From NCBI GenBank assembly GCA_964016885.1, contig OZ024743.1, forward strand, positions 205,344,001 to 205,408,000: DNA of 64,000 nt. Direction: 5' to 3'. Position numbers and translations under genes: made by a program. The notes under the pieces are model-generated. The model did not search any database. It was given only the letters and a program-made list of their open reading frames with translations, and was not told the DNA's origin. The DNA comes from Eledone cirrhosa. Its lineage: Eukaryota. Positions 1 to 10,880 of the stretch are shown in pieces (positions within the stretch are counted from its first letter, which is position 1; every line of letters starts with the position of its first letter).

Positions 1-443
1 TCCTGTACAGTGTAAGCGGGGTATTCCTCCTCGTGGGCCTTCTGGTTCTCATGACGTGCACTCACAGCGCATACCGATGCAGCGCCGCCAAACGACACAC
101 CGACATTGTTCACCGTGACGCCCCCTAGACGGCCAATCACGTCCATGCCCATAACCACGCCGATCCCATCCACCACGATGGCAGAAAGCCTTATCGTCCT
201 TCCCCGTACCGCTATTTCCATCTCGCTGCGACCTCGGCATTCAATTTTCCTGCCGTCGACTGCCCTTACGCTGCTCTTCCCTCCCCACCTCTGTGCCACC
301 CCCGCGGTCACCAGTGTCGTCGTACAGCCCGTATCCACGAGGGCTCGCTGTGGCTTCCCCCTCACGAAGACTTCCACCATGGGCAGCGCCGCTACTCGTA
401 AGGGGCAACTACCGGTGCAGTAGTTCCCCTTGGATCGTTTCCC
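1..443 (-). CDS. pol: Pol N-terminus: retroviral-type aspartic protease, partial, -1 frame relative to gag
   Basis: Manual translation from 443 gives GKRSKGNYCTGSCPLRVAALPMVEVFVRGKPQRALVDTGCTTTLV...GIGVVMGMDVIGRLG..., open to the window edge. The catalytic DTG is at 327-335. It is missing from the ORF track because there is no stop in the window. Confidence 0.85.
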
Positions 444-1150
444 TGGTCGCAGTTAGTAGCGATGTGGCCTGGTCGCTTACACCGGTAGCAAATTATCTCC
501 GGCTTCGACTCTCTACAGTCTCTAGCCATATGCGGGCCCTGGCACCTAAAACAGCGCCCCCTAAATTCGCGCGGACGGCCTCCCGAGGTTGCCTCCCTTT
601 CACCATTTCGCTGCCAGGTGTCCTGAGCCTCCGTAGTTGCTATCGCCGCAACACTCTTTTTGGCATCTTCCTCTATGATCCGGGCTTGTTCCACCAGTGA
701 ACGCATTTCCATCTCTTTATACACCGGGACTTGCTGCAGTTTCACCGCTATGTCGTCCGGAAATCCATTGATGAACGCCAACCGCACCGTGCGTTCGCAT
801 TCCGCCTGGTAACCGGCCAACATAGCCAACCGCCTTATTTCCGCTGCGAAAATGTCGACGCGCTCACCATTCCACCTGATTCTCGCCAGCTTAGCAAAAG
901 CCGCCAACGGTCCCTCGGCAAATGCATCCATCAGACGCCTCTCAATCTTCTGCACATCTCTTTGGCTGTGCTCGTCCAACTCAAGGAAGAGTACCAGAGC
1001 GTCGCCCTCGAGGTACAATGCCATGAAGCCGGCCACGTCTTCTATCTTCTGCAAGCCTGCGATCAGCCGAACCTTCCGCAGCCAAGCGACAACATCACCT
1101 TCCCCGGTGAATGCCCTGTTAGCTTCGTTCATCCGTAGTCTTGTCGCCAT
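392..1150 (-). CDS. gag: Gag-like protein, 252 aa, with two C-terminal zinc knuckles
   Basis: Uninterrupted ORF containing CFRCQGPHMARDC (C-X2-C-X3-H-X4-C) and CYRCKRPGHIATNC (C-X2-C-X4-H-X4-C), followed by QGN at the slippery site. Confidence 0.88.
   Translation of the reverse strand: MATRLRMNEANRAFTGEGDVVAWLRKVRLIAGLQKIEDVAGFMALYLEGDALVLFLELDEHSQRDVQKIERRLMDAFAEGPLAAFAKLARIRWNGERVDIFAAEIRRLAMLAGYQAECERTVRLAFINGFPDDIAVKLQQVPVYKEMEMRSLVEQARIIEEDAKKSVAAIATTEAQDTWQRNGEREATSGGRPREFRGRCFRCQGPHMARDCRESKPEIICYRCKRPGHIATNCDQGNDPRGTTAPVVAPYE
400..443 (-). promoter_or_regulatory. Programmed -1 ribosomal frameshift signal (slippery heptamer plus stem-loop)
   Basis: G GGA AAC in gag frame at 437-443, a 5-nt spacer, then AAGGGGAACUAC-UGCACCG-GUAGUUGCCCCUU (12-bp stem with one bulge, 400-431). 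Confidence 0.8.
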
Positions 1151-1159
1151 CTTCTGATT

Positions 1160-1178
1160 TGTTTTGCGGCAAGTGTTT

Positions 1179-1212
<34 letters not shown>

Positions 1213-1487
1213 TATTCAGTCGCCGAAATAGCTTGTAGTTAGAAAAAGCTATCTCACTTACCGCTTTTCACAGGCGCCGCTAAATTCCACTGCAGGTACT
1301 CCTCTTCCACGTGCGTCCGACTGCTTAACACCGGGAGCTGCCCAAAACTCGCGTCCACACCGTGTGCTGGTCACCACTAGAGAGAGACCCTCTCCTGGCC
1401 CTTCCGGCCAAAGACCCCTTCCGGTCGAGCACTCAAAAACCCCTTCCGGTCGAGCACTCCCCCCGCCTCCGGCCACCGCACGCCACA
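1160..1487 (-). repeat. Putative 5' LTR (boundaries uncertain)
   Basis: Possible TG...CA ends with a 7/10 terminal inverted match (TGGCGTGCGG at 1485 vs CCGCAAAACA ending at 1160). A 21-bp direct repeat ACCCCTTCCGGTCGAGCACTC lies at 1414-1434 and 1439-1459. AATAAA runs into A30 on the minus strand. There is no second LTR in the window to confirm the call. Confidence 0.4.
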
Positions 1488-1649
1488 CCATACCCACAGT
1501 ATGTATAGTGTGAGTGGGTGTCTGTCTGAGTATGTATGTTGAGTGTGTAGTGTCAACTCCAGCAGGAACCAAATCCAATATACTACATTAACGTACACCC
1601 AGACTTAACATTTTGTTTTCTTTCTTCTTGCCGTATTTCTAGATAATTG

Positions 1650-1805
1650 CTATATGGAATGAGTATTCCAGTTGTTTGATCAGTGGAACAGCTTGCTCAT
1701 GAAATTAGCTAAACATTCCACAGACACGTGTACCTTTAATGTAATTCTCAGGGAGATTCAGTCTGACAGTGTGTGACAAGATTAGCCCTTTGAATAACAG
1801 GTACG
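1650..1805 (-). mobile_element. Degenerate SINE-like interspersed repeat remnant
   Basis: The segment ...TTCCACAGACACGTGTACCTTTAATGTAATTCTCAGGGAGATTCAG...GCCCTTTGAATAACAGGTAC resembles, from recall only, an abundant Octopus SINE body. No search was run. Confidence 0.4.
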
Positions 1806-1814
1806 GTTCATGTG

Positions 1815-1950
1815 ATGGGATTCCAAACAGTCTCTGTCGACCAAGGTTCACTTACAAGACATGGGTTAACCTGAGGCTATGGTAAATGACACTAACACAA
1901 GATGCCCTACAATGGGATTGAGGAACAAGTTTCTTAACCATTTAGCCAAC
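1815..1950 (-). mobile_element. Degenerate tRNA-head SINE remnant (Octopus-type)
   Basis: The minus strand reads TGGCTAAATGGTTAAG (A-box-like) ...ATAGCCTCAGGTTAACCCATGTCTTGTAAGTGAACCTTGGTCGACAGAGACTG, resembling an Octopus SINE 5' region from recall. The B box is degraded. Confidence 0.45.
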
Positions 1951-2002
1951 TAGATTATATGATGAAATATTTTTTTTGCGTATGTGTTCATTTAAGGATA
2001 TG

Positions 2003-2097
2003 ACAGCCTCTCTAGTGTTGGTGATCGACACGATAAACATACCCAGTACACTCTGTAAAGTGGCTGGTGTTAGGAAGGGCATCCAGCTGTAGAAAAC
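2003..2097 (+). mobile_element. Isolated RTE-UTR/SINE-body module
   Basis: Aligns by eye with 17775-17860 (CCTCTCTAGTGYTGGTG...ACCCAGT...CTGTAAAGTGG...TGGTGTTAGGAAGGGCATCCA) and with the 3' UTRs of the RTE copies. Confidence 0.75.
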
Positions 2098-2363
2098 AAA
2101 GGGTTGAGAGGATCCTTCAGTTTGAGTCAAAAGACACTTCTCCTGTGCATTTGATAGAATGTATTACCTTACAAAAGTGAGACACAAACTCCTTAGCCTG
2201 CCTGGGAGGTCAGTTGCTCTGCTTCAGTACTGACTTGGTCTATGTAGACTTGTCCAACTCTTGCTAGCAGGCGGAGCGGACATTAAAATGATTATACATA
2301 TATACATATATATATATGTTTGTGTGCGTGTGTGTGTATATATATATATCTGTGTGTATATAT

Positions 2364-2406
2364 ATCATCATTTTACGTCCGCTTTTCCCTGCTTGCAAGG
2401 GTGGGA
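2364..2406 (-). mobile_element. Very short RTE-type 3'-end fragment (terminal stem-loop plus GAT tail)
   Basis: The minus strand reads CCCTTGCAAGCAGGGAAAAGCGGACGTAAAATGATGAT, homologous to the RTE 3' end at 17254-17290. Confidence 0.7.
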
Positions 2407-4783
2407 TATATATATAATGTATGTGTGTATATGTGTGTATGTGTGTGTATATGTATGTGTGTGTGTATATGTGTGTCTATATATGTATGTATGTGTGTAT
2501 ATATGTGTGTGTGTGTATATGTATGTGTATATATGTGTGTATGTGTATATATGTGTGTATGTGTATATATGTGTGTATGTGTATATATGTGTGTGTGTGT
2601 ATATGTATGTGTGTGTGTGTATATGTATGTGTGTGTGTGTATATGTATGTGTGTGTGTATATGTATGTGTGTGTGTATATGTATGTGTGTGTGTATATGT
2701 ATGTGTGTGTGTATATGTATGTGTGTGTGTATATGTATGTGTGTGTGTATATGTATGTGTGTGTATATGTATGTGTGTGTGTATATGTATGTGTGTGTGT
2801 ATATGTATGTGTGTGTGTATATGTATGTGTGTGTGTATATGTGTGTGTGTGTGTATATATGTGTGTATATATATGTGTGTGTGTGTATATATGTGTGTGT
2901 GTGTATATATGTGTGTGTGTGTATATATATGTGTGTGTATATATATGTGTGTGTATATATATATGTGTGTGTATATATATATGTGTGTGTATATATATAT
3001 GTGTGTGTATATATATATATGTGTGTATATATATATATGTGTGTATATATATATATGTGTGTATATATATATGTGTGTGTATATATATATGTGTGTGTAT
3101 ATATATGTGTGTGTATATATATGTGTGTGTGTATATATATATATGTGTGTGTATATATATATATATGTGTGTGTATATATATATGTGTGTGTATATATAT
3201 ATGTGTGTATATATATATGTGTGTATATATATGTGTGTGTATATATATATGTGTGTGTATATATATATGTGTATATATATATATGTGTGTATATATATAT
3301 GTGTGTATATATATGTGTGTGTATATATATATGTGTGTGTATATATATATGTGTGTGTATATATATATGTGTGTGTATATATATATATGTGTGTGTATAT
3401 ATATATATGTATATATATATGTGTGTGTATATATATATGTGTGTGTATATATATATATGTGTGTGTATATATATATGTGTGTGTATATATATATATGTGT
3501 GTGTATATATATATATGTGTGTGTATATATATATATGTGTGTGTATATATATATATGTGTGTATATATATATATGTGTGTGTGTATATATATATGTGTGT
3601 GTGTATATATATATGTGTGTGTATATATATATGTGTGTGTGTATATATATATGTGTGTGTGTATATATATATGTGTGTGTATATATATATGTGTGTGTGT
3701 ATATATATATGTGTGTGTGTATATATATATGTGTGTGTGTATATATATATATGTGTGTATATATGTGTATATATATATATATGTGTGTGTGTATATATAT
3801 ATATGTGTGTGTATATATATATGTGTGTGTGTATATATATATATATATGTGTGTGTATGTGTGTATATATGTGTGTGTGTGTATATGTGTGTGTGTGTAT
3901 ATATATATGTGTGTGTGTATATATATATATATATGTGTGTGTATGTGTGTATATATGTGTGTGTGTGTATATATATGTGTGTGTATATATATATATGTGT
4001 GTGTATATATATATATGTGTGTATATATATATATGTGTGTATATATATATATCTGTATATATATATATGTGTGTATATATATATGTGTGTGTATATATAT
4101 ATGTGTATATATATATGTGTGTGTATATATATGTATGTGTGTATATATATGTATGTGTATATATATGTATGTGTATATATGTGTGTGTGTGTATATATGT
4201 GTGTGTGTATATATGTATGTGTGTGTATATGTATGTGTGTGTGTATATGTATGTGTGTGTATATATGTATGTGTGTATATATATGTATGTGTGTATATAT
4301 ATGTATGTATGTGTGTATATATATATATATATGTGTGTATATATATATATATATGTGTGTATATATATATATATATGTGTGTATATATATATATGTATGT
4401 GTGTATATATATATATGTATGTGTGTATATATATATATATATGTGTGTATATATATATATATATGTGTGTATATATATATATATATGTGTGTATATATAT
4501 ATATATATGTGTGTATATATATATATATATATGTGTGTATATATATATATATATGTGTGTATATATATATATATGTATGTGTGTATATATATATATATGT
4601 ATGTGTGTATATATATATATATGTATGTGTGTATATATATATATATGTATGTGTGTATATATATATATATATGTATGTGTGTATATATATATATATATAT
4701 GTGTGTATATATATATATATATATGTGTGTATATATATATATATATGTGTGTATATATATATATATATGTGTGTATATATATA

Positions 4784-4826
<43 letters not shown>

Positions 4827-5077
4827 ATATATATATATATATGTGTGTGTATATATATATATATATGTGTGTGTATATATATATATATATATGTGTGTGT
4901 ATATATATATATATATGTGTGTGTATATATATATATATATGTGTGTGTATATATATATATATATGTGTGTGTATATATATATATATATGTGTGTATATAT
5001 ATATATATATGTGTGTGTATATATATATATATATGTGTGTGTATATATATATATATATGTGTGTATATATATATATA

Positions 5078-5108
<31 letters not shown>

Positions 5109-5438
5109 TGTGTGTATATATATATATATATGTGTGTGTATATATATATATGTGTGTATTATATATATATGTGTGTATATATATATATGTGTGTATATAT
5201 ATATATGTGTGTATATATATATATATGTGTGTATATATATATATATGTGTGTATATATATATATATGTGTGTATATATATATATGTGTGTATATATATAT
5301 TGTGTGTGTGTGTATATATATATATGTGTGTGTGTGTATATATATGTATGTGTGTGTATATATAGATGGATGTGTGTGTGTATGTGTGTATGTATGTGTA
5401 TATATGTATGTGTGCATGTGTATGTGTGTGTGTGTGTG

Positions 5439-5510
5439 TCATCGTTTAACATCCATCTTCCATGCTTGCATGGGTTTGGACAGTTTTGCCACTTGAGGCA
5501 AGATTGGTTG
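5439..5510 (-). mobile_element. Short RTE-type 3'-end fragment (about 70 bp)
   Basis: The minus strand reads TCTTGCCTCAAGTGG...TGTCCAAACCCATGCAAGCATGGAAGATGGATGTTAAACGATGA, homologous to 17222-17290. Confidence 0.8.
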
Positions 5511-5796
5511 TATATATATATGTATGTGTGTGTGTATATATATATATATTTAAGTGTGTGTGTGTATATATGCGTGAATATGTGTATATGTGTGTATATA
5601 TGTATGTGTGTGTATATATATATATATGTGTATATATGTGTGTGTGTATATCTGTGTGTGTATATGTGTGTGTATATATATATATATGTGTATATATGTG
5701 TGTGTGTATATCTGTGTGTATATGTGTGTGTATATATATATATGTGTATGTGTGTGTGTATATATGTGTGTATATATGTGTAGGTGTATATATATA

Positions 5797-5844
<48 letters not shown>

Positions 5845-5848
5845 TATA

Positions 5849-5901
<53 letters not shown>

Positions 5902-5963
5902 GTGTGTGTGTATCTATGTGGATATATATATGTCTGTGTATATGTCTGTATATATGTGTGTAT

Positions 5964-7214
5964 ATCATCATCAACGTTTAACGTCCGTGTTCCACGCTTG
6001 CATGGGTTTGGACGGGGGTAGTCCCACTTGAGGCAAGAGTGATTGTCTTGCTCGCATAGGACTGTCTGGCGGGTTTTCTACAGCTGGATGCCCTTCCTAA
6101 CACCAACCACATTTACGGTGTGGGACTGGGAGGTTTTTACCGTGTTGTCTACATGGCCACATTTACAGTGTGGACTGTGTGTTTTTTTGTCGTGACACCT
6201 ACACGATCTCATTTGTTTCGGCCTGGATGTTGTGGGACCAACATAACTTTACATTGAAAGGGGCGGTGTGGATGGGGTGGAGGTGGTGGGACGGGGGTGT
6301 GTTTTGATAGAGATGCCTACTGACTGTAGTAGGTTTTTACTTAGTATTTAGGTAAGGCGGGTCTTCTCTATTACTGAGTACCGCCAAAGGTCTCGGTCCA
6401 GTGACATTGTCTTGGAGAGGTGTAAGCGTGTGAGGTCGGAATTTATCATGTCGTCCCAGGTTTTTCTGGGTCTGCCTACTCCGTGGCTACCGTCTATCTT
6501 TATTGCCCTGCACTTTGTTATACAGCTGTCGTCTTTCATGCGCATCACGTGACCGTACCAACGTAGCCTTCTCTCGAGTAAACAACATCTGATCCTTCTT
6601 ATTTCTAATTTTTTCCTTAGTTCGTTTATGCTTTGCCGTTCACGTATATTACTATTGCACATCCAGCGGAGCATGCAAGCTTCGTTCCTCTCTAGTCTGC
6701 GTATATCCTCTGCACACAATGCCCAGGTCTCACTGCCATGCAGCATTGCTGTTCGTATGCAGGCATCGTATAACCTGCCTTTCATTTTTAGGGAGAACCC
6801 TCTAGCGGCTACTAGTGGTATAAGCTCTCTGAACTTTTTCCATCCAGTTCTGACTCTAGCTACTGTACTTTCAGAGCACCCTCCCCCACTGCTGATTTTG
6901 TCACCCAGGTAACAAAAGCTGTCCACTATTTCTATAGAACCCTCTGCGCAGTTGAAGGAGCTAGTATTTTGTGGGCACTTGCTGCTACTTATTGCACCAG
7001 AGCACCGGCCACATGTAAAATCTATATTCTTAGTTAGCTTACCTGTGATCCCACTACATCTTTTATGCACCCATACTTTGCATTTGGGACATAGAATGGA
7101 GTTTCTACCTACGCCTTTCCTACACACTGAGCATGGCCATTTCCCAGAAGGGACCGCCACCTTATTTTCTTTCCTACAAACTAGAACTTTAGTCTTAGCC
7201 AGGTTAATTTTAAG
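5964..7214 (-). mobile_element. RTE-clade LINE family A, copy A1, 5'-truncated
   Basis: Reverse-complement match to 16043-17296. It has a (GAT)3 tail at 5964-5972, and homology stops at 7214 within the LKINLAKTK codons. Confidence 0.93.
6348..7214 (-). pseudogene. C-terminal fragment of the RTE ORF (PHD-type finger, RT thumb, C-terminal domain)
   Basis: Open frame ...[10 protein letters not shown]...WVHKRC...FTCGRC...FCYLGD...[12 protein letters not shown]...GRPRKTW. It has no EN or RT core and no native start. Confidence 0.88.
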
Positions 7215-7222
7215 GGTATATA

Positions 7223-7261
<39 letters not shown>

Positions 7262-7518
7262 ATGTATATATATATGTGTGTATGTATATATATATATATG
7301 TGTATATGTATATATATGTGTGTATATGTATATATATGTGTGTATATATGTGTATATGTATATATATATATATGAGTATCTATATATGTGTATATATGTA
7401 TGTATATATGTGTATGTATATATATATGTGTGTATATATGTGTATGTATATATATATGTGTATATATATGTGTATGTATATATATATGTATATATATATA
7501 TGTATATATATGTGTATG

Positions 7519-7549
<31 letters not shown>

Positions 7550-7631
7550 GTGTATGTATATATATATATGTATATATATATGTATATATATACATACATA
7601 CATATGTATATATGTGTATGTATATATATAT

Positions 7632-7662
<31 letters not shown>

Positions 7663-7672
7663 CATACATACA

Positions 7673-7722
<50 letters not shown>

Positions 7723-7732
7723 CATACATACG

Positions 7733-7767
<35 letters not shown>
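7215..7767. repeat. (TA)n microsatellite with TATG units on the left and TACA units on the right
   Basis: Directly visible. Confidence 0.95.
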
Positions 7768-7768
<1 letters not shown>

Positions 7769-10406
7769 TCTCCCCCCGCCCCCCACCACCCCCACCCTCC
7801 AAACGCAACCCAAAACTTCAGAGTTGGTACCATAAATGTGAGCACCCTAAAGGGTCGTGCTAACGAGGTTGTAGAAATGCTTGAACGTAAGGAGGTCGAT
7901 GTTTGTTATATTCAAGAGACCAGGTGGAGAGGTGGGTCTGCTAGATTCATTGAGGGTAAAAAACGATGTTATAAGCTTTTCTGGGTGGGAAACGACGATG
8001 GGCTGGGTGGAGTAGGAATCATGGTAGCAGAAAAGTGGGCAGATAAGATAATAGACGTAAATAGAGTGAACGACAGAATAATTAAAATAAGACTTGTCCT
8101 CAATAAAACTACGGTGACAGTAATATCTGCGTACGCACCCCAATCCGGACTGCCCGGCACTATAAAAGACAGATTCTATGAGACACTGATGCTAACTACC
8201 TCCCAAATATCTGACAGTGACTATATAATTATTGCAGGCGACCTAAATGGTCACGTTGGACAACATTGTGACGGCTACGACAAAATCCATGGAGGCTATG
8301 GGTTTGGTACTAGAAATGAGGAAGGCTCCAGAATCCTGGAATTCTGTGATGCAAATAACCTAACTATCTGTAACACTAACTTCAAAAAACGTGACAATCA
8401 ATGGGGGAAGTAGAGTAGACTATCAAGTGGCCAGGAGGGAAGCTAGGAGAGAAGTGTACTTAGCAAGAAGGGAAGCTGAGGAAAGAAAGTTCAAGCATGT
8501 TCTACAACGCGATGACCAAAAACGTGAGGTGTTCAGGATTGCCAGGCAATGCGTCAAGGAAAACCGTGATATTGTCGGGGAGAAGTGTGTACTTAACGAT
8601 GATGGCATACTTGCCATCACCGACACTGATAAGAAGGTAGCTTGGAAGTGTCACTATGAAAGGCTACTAAATGAGGAGAATAAATGGGAGAAAGACAGTC
8701 TCCCCCATATCGACCCGATAGAGGGACCAGCAGTGTTAGTCGAGGGGAGTATAATAAGTAAGGCAATCAAGGATATGAAGACTGGTAAGGCGGCTGGGCC
8801 TTCGGAAATAGTTGCTGAGATGCTGAAGGCATCTGGCACGGTGGGACACACCATGGTCACCCGCATAGTTAACCAAGTCGTACAGAATGGGGTTGTTCCG
8901 AAGGACTGGCATAGCAGCATCATCGTTAACTGTTATAAGGGTAAAGGAGACGCCCTAGATAGGAGTAACTATAGAGGCATTAAATTAATCGACCAGGTCA
9001 TGAAGGTCACGGAAAAAGTAATAGCGCAACTAATCAGAGAGAGAATTGATCTAGATGAAATGCAGTTCGGGTTTGTGTCGGGCAAAAGCACCACAGACGC
9101 CCTTTTCATAGTACGACAACTACAGGAGAAGTACCTAGCTAAAGGTAGACCCCTCTACTTAGCTTTTGTCGACCTGGAGAAAGCCTTCGACAGAGTCCCC
9201 CGCTCCATTATCTGGTGGGCTCTTAGAAAACTAGGCGTTGACGAATGGCTTGTGAGGGCTATACAAGCCATGTATAAAGAAACAGTCAGCAAGGTTAGAA
9301 TTAACAACGAATATAGTGAAGAGTTTAGCGTAAAAGTTGGCGTCCATCAGGGCTCTGTTCTCAGCCCCCTACTATTTATTATTGCCCTTCAGGCTATAAC
9401 AGAGGAGTTCAAGACAGGCTGCCCATGGGAACTCCTATACGCAGACGACCTGACACTCATAGCGGAATCAATGGCCGAGCTAGAGAAGAAATTCCAAACA
9501 TGGAAGCACGGCCTAGAGTCAAAAGGACTTAAAATTAACCTGGCTAAGACCAAAGTTCTAGTTTGTAGGAAAGAAAACAAGGCGGCGGTCCCTTCTGGGA
9601 AATGGTCGTGCTCGGTATGTAGGAAAGGCGTAGGTAGAAACTCCATCTTATGTCCTAAATGCAAAGTATGGGTGCATAAAAGATGTAGTAGGATCACAGG
9701 TAAGCTAACTAAGAACATAGACTTTACATGTGGCCGGTGTTCTGGTGCAATAAGTAGCAGCAAGTGCCCACAAAATACTAGCTCTTTCAATTGCGCAGAG
9801 GGTTTTATAGAAATAGTGGACAGCTTCCGTTACCTGGGCGATAAAATCAGCAGTGGGGGAGGGTGCTCTGAAAGTACTGTAGCTAGAGTCAGAACTGGTT
9901 GGAAAAAGTTCAGAGAGCTTATACCACTATTAGCTGCTAAAGGGTTCTCCCTAAAAATGAAAGGCAGGTTGTACGATGCCTGCATACGAACAGCAATGTT
10001 GCATGGTAGTGAGACCTGGGCATTGTGTGCAGAGGATATACGCAGACTAGAGAGGAACGAAGCTTGCATGCTCCGCTGGATGTGTAACAGTAATATACGT
10101 GAACGGCAAAGCATAAACGAACTAAGGAAAAAATTAGAGATAAGAGGGATCAGATGTTGTTTACTCGAGAGAAGGCTGCGTTGGTATGGACACGTGATGC
10201 GCATGAAAGTCGATAGCTGTATTACAAAGTGCAGGGCAATAAAGATAGACGGTAGCCACGGAATAGGCAGACCTAGAAAAACATGGGATGAGCTGATAAA
10301 CTCCGACCTCACACACTTACACCTCTCCAAGACAATGTCACTGGACCGTGACCTTTGGCGGTACTCAGTAACAGAGAAGACCCGCCTTGCCAGTAGGCAT
10401 CTCTAA
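7768..10406 (+). pseudogene. Disrupted RTE EN-RT ORF
   Basis: A 458-bp frameshifting deletion at 8400/8401 removes the endonuclease C-terminus. The RT (LYADD) and PHD finger are intact in 8391-10406. A 28-bp deletion at 10388/10389 removes the stop codon. Confidence 0.9.
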
Positions 10407-10761
10407 CAAAATACACCCCTCCCGCCGCCACCCCCACCCCATCCACACCACCCCGTTCTATGTAAAGTTATGTTGGTGCCGCGCCATCCAGGCCGAAACA
10501 AATGAGATCGTGTAGGTGTCACGACAAAAAAACACACAGTCCACGCTGTAATGTGGCCGTGTAGGCAACACGGTAAAAACCTCCCAGACCCACACTGTAA
10601 ATGTGGTTGGTGTTAGGAAGGGCATCCAACTGTAGAAAACCTGCCAGACAGTCCTATGCGAGCAAGACAATCACTCTTGCCTCAAGTGGGACTACCCCCG
10701 TCCAAACCCATGCAAGCGTGGAACACGGACGTTAAACGTTGATGATGATGATGATGATGAT
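7768..10761 (+). mobile_element. RTE-clade LINE family A, copy A2, 5'-truncated with two internal deletions
   Basis: Collinear with A3 at offsets 6057, 6515 and then 6543. It has a (GAT)7 tail at 10741-10761. Confidence 0.95.
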
Positions 10762-10880
10762 ATATTATATATATATATATTATATATATATATTATATAT
10801 ATATATATTATATATATTATATATATATATTATATATATATATATTATATATATTATATATTATATATTATATATATTAT
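10762..10880. repeat. Pure A/T microsatellite spacer between tail-to-tail LINEs
   Basis: (TA)n with TTA interruptions. Confidence 0.95.

Larger units (their letters stand above)
1..1487 (-). mobile_element. Ty3/gypsy-type LTR retrotransposon, 5' portion (putative LTR, gag, start of pol); continues beyond position 1
   Basis: Minus-strand gag with two CCHC knuckles is followed in the -1 frame by a retropepsin (ALVDTGC...VMGMDVI). A GC-rich upstream segment with internal direct repeats ends near 1487. RT and integrase are outside the window, so the superfamily is inferred from the gag/pro arrangement. Confidence 0.85.
2291..5963. repeat. Compound (TA)n(TG)m microsatellite of about 3.7 kb, interrupted by two short RTE 3'-end fragments
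   Basis: Directly visible alternating purine-pyrimidine repeat. Confidence 0.97.

Noticed and set aside
106-1157. Plus-strand ORFs overlapping gag/pol
   Set aside because: Antisense shadows in GC-rich coding sequence with no domain features.
1360-1376. TGGTGACC as a tRNA-Trp primer-binding site
   Set aside because: Only about 8 nt match, and it is not preceded by a CA LTR end; not supportable without the second LTR.
2261-6031. 1000-aa 'VCIY/THIY' ORFs on both strands
   Set aside because: Translation of an alternating RY dinucleotide repeat, which cannot contain stop codons; open in all frames.
7388-8413. 341-aa ORF joining microsatellite peptide to endonuclease
   Set aside because: The start lies in the microsatellite. 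It is a chance in-frame read into truncated copy A2 and ends just after the deletion.
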